Below the pieces are notes generated by a model, which saw only the letters and a program-made list of their open reading frames with translations, searched no databases and was not told the origin of the DNA. Positions 61,645 to 64,000 of a DNA stretch of 64,000 nucleotides are shown in pieces. Origin of the DNA: Podarcis pityusensis (lineage: Eukaryota); NCBI GenBank assembly GCA_964106645.2, contig OZ067040.1, one strand, 5' to 3'. Within the stretch, counting starts at the first letter, position 1; every line of letters starts with the position of its first letter. A program made the translations under genes and the position numbers.

Positions 61645-64000
61645 TAGATAGATAGATAGATAATACTTTATTCGGCTATAAGCCCACAAGGTAAAACAAA
61701 TCAATAGATAAAAATCAATAGATAAAATCAACAGCATTTTACAATCTAAAATATCAACTAAAATATTTCAACGCATAATCTCTAAATGTACCGTGTTATG
61801 GCCTTGAAGATAAAGATGGTGCATAGAGTTTACTGAATTTTTAATAGTCATGCAGCATTCCATGAAGTCTTTTATATGACAGAACTGAGATCAGGAATCT
61901 AGCAACCTGTAAAGTTCTATAAGAGTCAATGTCCTGGAGTAGATAAGCTAGATGTAATTCAGGTGGTTTAGCAGCAATTTCCAGAATGATTGAACTCAGG
62001 ATCCTTGATCGGGGAACATTGTATAAGGGGCAATTAAACAAGATATGATAAAGGGATTCTATCGATTTGTTGTCACATGTGCACAAAACAGAGATTTTAC
62101 CGTTAGAAAATCTATTGCTCAGCACATTTGAGGGGAACACATTAAATCTGGCTCTAACAAATGCGAATCTATGCGACGCAGCCGATAAAGTAGACAGATA
62201 TCGAGGTATCTGGGACATAGATGTAATGCCCTGATATATCGGGGAACATGTACCTCCACCTGTGGTAAGATTTTGTTGTAAATCTACCTCCTCCAGTCTT
62301 TGTTTGATGACCTTTTTAGCTGTAATTAGATCTAAATTAAGTATATCGGAAGGAGAGATTCCATAAGACAACAGTTTGGAATGGATTTTTGTTGCCCATG
62401 GGCTGGTGAATTCATCTCTCCAAAGGCACTGAATAAGATGGTAGTTTGGCAATTTATGCCAAAGGGACAGCCAATAATTAAAGGCATGTCTCCACATCAG
62501 AATCTCAAGGGAGGGGGTCTTAAGTTCTAAGCGAATGGCAGAGTTGCTTACACAGGAGGGTAGTTTCAAAAGGCGTCTTAGAAAAAGATTTTGCAATGTC
62601 ACCAGAGGCAAGAGGTTTACAAAGGCGCCCCATAAAGGGACCGCATAGGCCATAGTTGCAACCACTTTTGCACTATAAACTTTTAAGGCGGATGGAACAT
62701 GCATAGCCCCCTCAGTAAAGAAGAAGCGTAGTAGAGCGTAGATAAGGGCTTTCATCTTGTTTTGTAAATATGTGATATGCGCTTTCCATCCCATATTATA
62801 CTGGAAGTAAATTCCTAGATATTGAAATTTGTAAACTTGTTCAATTGGCTTCCCCTCAAGTTCCCATCTATACAGTTTACGACTCCTGGAAAAAATTAGG
62901 ACTTTAGATTTGGAATGGTTAATAGTAAGTAAATTTGTTTGGCAATATGATGCAAAAATCTTAAGGGCCCTCCTCAAACCGATTCGAGAATAAGAGAGGA
63001 TCACCGCATCGTCAGCGTACAATAATAAGGGGCAGCGATAGTCTGCAAGCCTGGGTGCATGAATGGAGGTTTGGGCCTCAGCTAGGGGCGTCCTCATGTC
63101 ACTAATATAAAGGTTAAAAAGATAGGGGGCAAGGATACACCCTTGTCGTACCCCCTTGTTTATTGGAACTGAGTTTGTGAGATCGCCCTCAGGTGTTAAC
63201 CTCACCCTAGCGGCCGTCCCTTCATGTAATTTAATCAATAGCCACAACAGCCTTTTTTCTATGCCCCACTTTGCCAGTTTTTCCCATAACAGCTCTCTAG
63301 AGATACTGTCAAAAGCCGCCTTCAGGTCTATAAAAGCGGCACATAGAAGACCATGAGTAGGGGAAGAATACTTCCGCGCCAAATGATATAGAATTATAGC
63401 ATGGTCAATAGAAGCGCGATTTGGTCTAAACCCGACCTGTTCATGGCCTATCAGATTGGAATCTTCGGCCCATTGGGTTAGTCTGGTTAGCAAGAAGCGA
63501 GTGTAGATTTTTCCGATGATTGATAATAAACTGATATTACGATAGTTTCCTGGGTCCTCTGGTGGTCCTTTTTTATATATAGGAATTTTGATGGACTCCT
63601 TCCATGATGTAGGTATCTGGCCCGTGGCATTGATTGCATCAAAGATTTTTGCAAGAATTTTAGCCCACCATATTGGGTGTTGTTTAATAGCTTCCGCCGG
63701 GATCAGATCGGGCCCTGGGGCTTTATCAGTTTTCAGTTTAGCAATTAAATCTACTATTTCCTCCGGGTCAGTATCTGGCCATATGGGCAAGTGACTTGAG
63801 AGAGTATCAGATTGGATGTTAGAGATGTCTGTCTGGGAGAAATATTTTCTTAGAAATTGTTCCCATGTCGGGGCTGGGATAACCGTCAATGGGTATTTCC
63901 TCGATCTTTTGTTGATTAAATTCCAAAAACCGCGAGAGCTGCGAAGCTTAGAGGCAGCAATCAGCGCTTGCCAACGTCTTAGCTGCCACTCGTGCTTGGC
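61645..64000 (-). mobile_element. Non-LTR retrotransposon (LINE, probably RTE-X clade), 3' portion; 5' end beyond the window
   Basis: RT ORF, ~195-nt 3'UTR, AATAAA (- strand, 61667-61672) and a (TATC)n tail at ~61645-61661. The clade call rests on RT plus a C-terminal CCHC motif plus the microsatellite tail. Confidence 0.9.
61841..64000 (-). CDS. LINE ORF2-type polyprotein: reverse transcriptase plus C-terminal CCHC zinc knuckle (5'-partial)
   Basis: Motifs KAPGPD, IPIYKKG..NYRNISLL, EQVGFR, FIDLKAAFDS, GVRQGCILAPYLFNLY, LYADD, FQYLG and CTCDNKSIESLYHILFNCPLY. I translated 63890-64000 by hand and the frame stays open to the window edge (AKHEWQLRRWQALIAASKLRSSRGFWNLINKRSRKYP), giving at least 719 codons. 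Confidence 0.95.
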   Translation of the reverse strand, partial: AKHEWQLRRWQALIAASKLRSSRGFWNLINKRSRKYPLTVIPAPTWEQFLRKYFSQTDISNIQSDTLSSHLPIWPDTDPEEIVDLIAKLKTDKAPGPDLIPAEAIKQHPIWWAKILAKIFDAINATGQIPTSWKESIKIPIYKKGPPEDPGNYRNISLLSIIGKIYTRFLLTRLTQWAEDSNLIGHEQVGFRPNRASIDHAIILYHLARKYSSPTHGLLCAAFIDLKAAFDSISRELLWEKLAKWGIEKRLLWLLIKLHEGTAARVRLTPEGDLTNSVPINKGVRQGCILAPYLFNLYISDMRTPLAEAQTSIHAPRLADYRCPLLLYADDAVILSYSRIGLRRALKIFASYCQTNLLTINHSKSKVLIFSRSRKLYRWELEGKPIEQVYKFQYLGIYFQYNMGWKAHITYLQNKMKALIYALLRFFFTEGAMHVPSALKVYSAKVVATMAYAVPLWGAFVNLLPLVTLQNLFLRRLLKLPSCVSNSAIRLELKTPSLEILMWRHAFNYWLSLWHKLPNYHLIQCLWRDEFTSPWATKIHSKLLSYGISPSDILNLDLITAKKVIKQRLEEVDLQQNLTTGGGTCSPIYQGITSMSQIPRYLSTLSAASHRFAFVRARFNVFPSNVLSNRFSNGKISVLCTCDNKSIESLYHILFNCPLYNVPRSRILSSIILEIAAKPPELHLAYLLQDIDSYRTLQVARFLISVLSYKRLHGMLHDY

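Noticed and set aside
63156-63794. + strand ORFs within the LINE
   Set aside because: Antisense shadows of the RT reading frame.

Overview
This is vertebrate genomic DNA, most likely from a lacertid lizard (inferred from Sauria/Squam-type SINEs and their MITE companions). The window lies inside RIMS1 on the + strand. Only two coding exons are recognisable: the 214-nt Rab3-binding/zinc-finger exon (54775-54988) and a 12-nt 'EDKV' microexon (55970-55981). The rest is intron dense with transposons: Sauria and other tRNA SINEs, Tc1/mariner- and hAT-type MITEs (several nested, many with exact TSDs), a solo LTR, and decayed L1/L2/CR1/RTE fragments. Two retroelements stand out. (1) A complete 2.18-kb, TSD-flanked, polyadenylated element (51773-53948, -) carries an L1-type promoter, an intact ORF1-like gene and only a short ORF2 C-terminal remnant. 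It looks like a HAL1-like 'half-L1' that retrotransposed as a unit. (2) An uninterrupted RT + CCHC LINE ORF, probably RTE-X, runs off the right edge. Nearly all other ORFs in the track are spurious. Family names come from motif recognition, not database searches.
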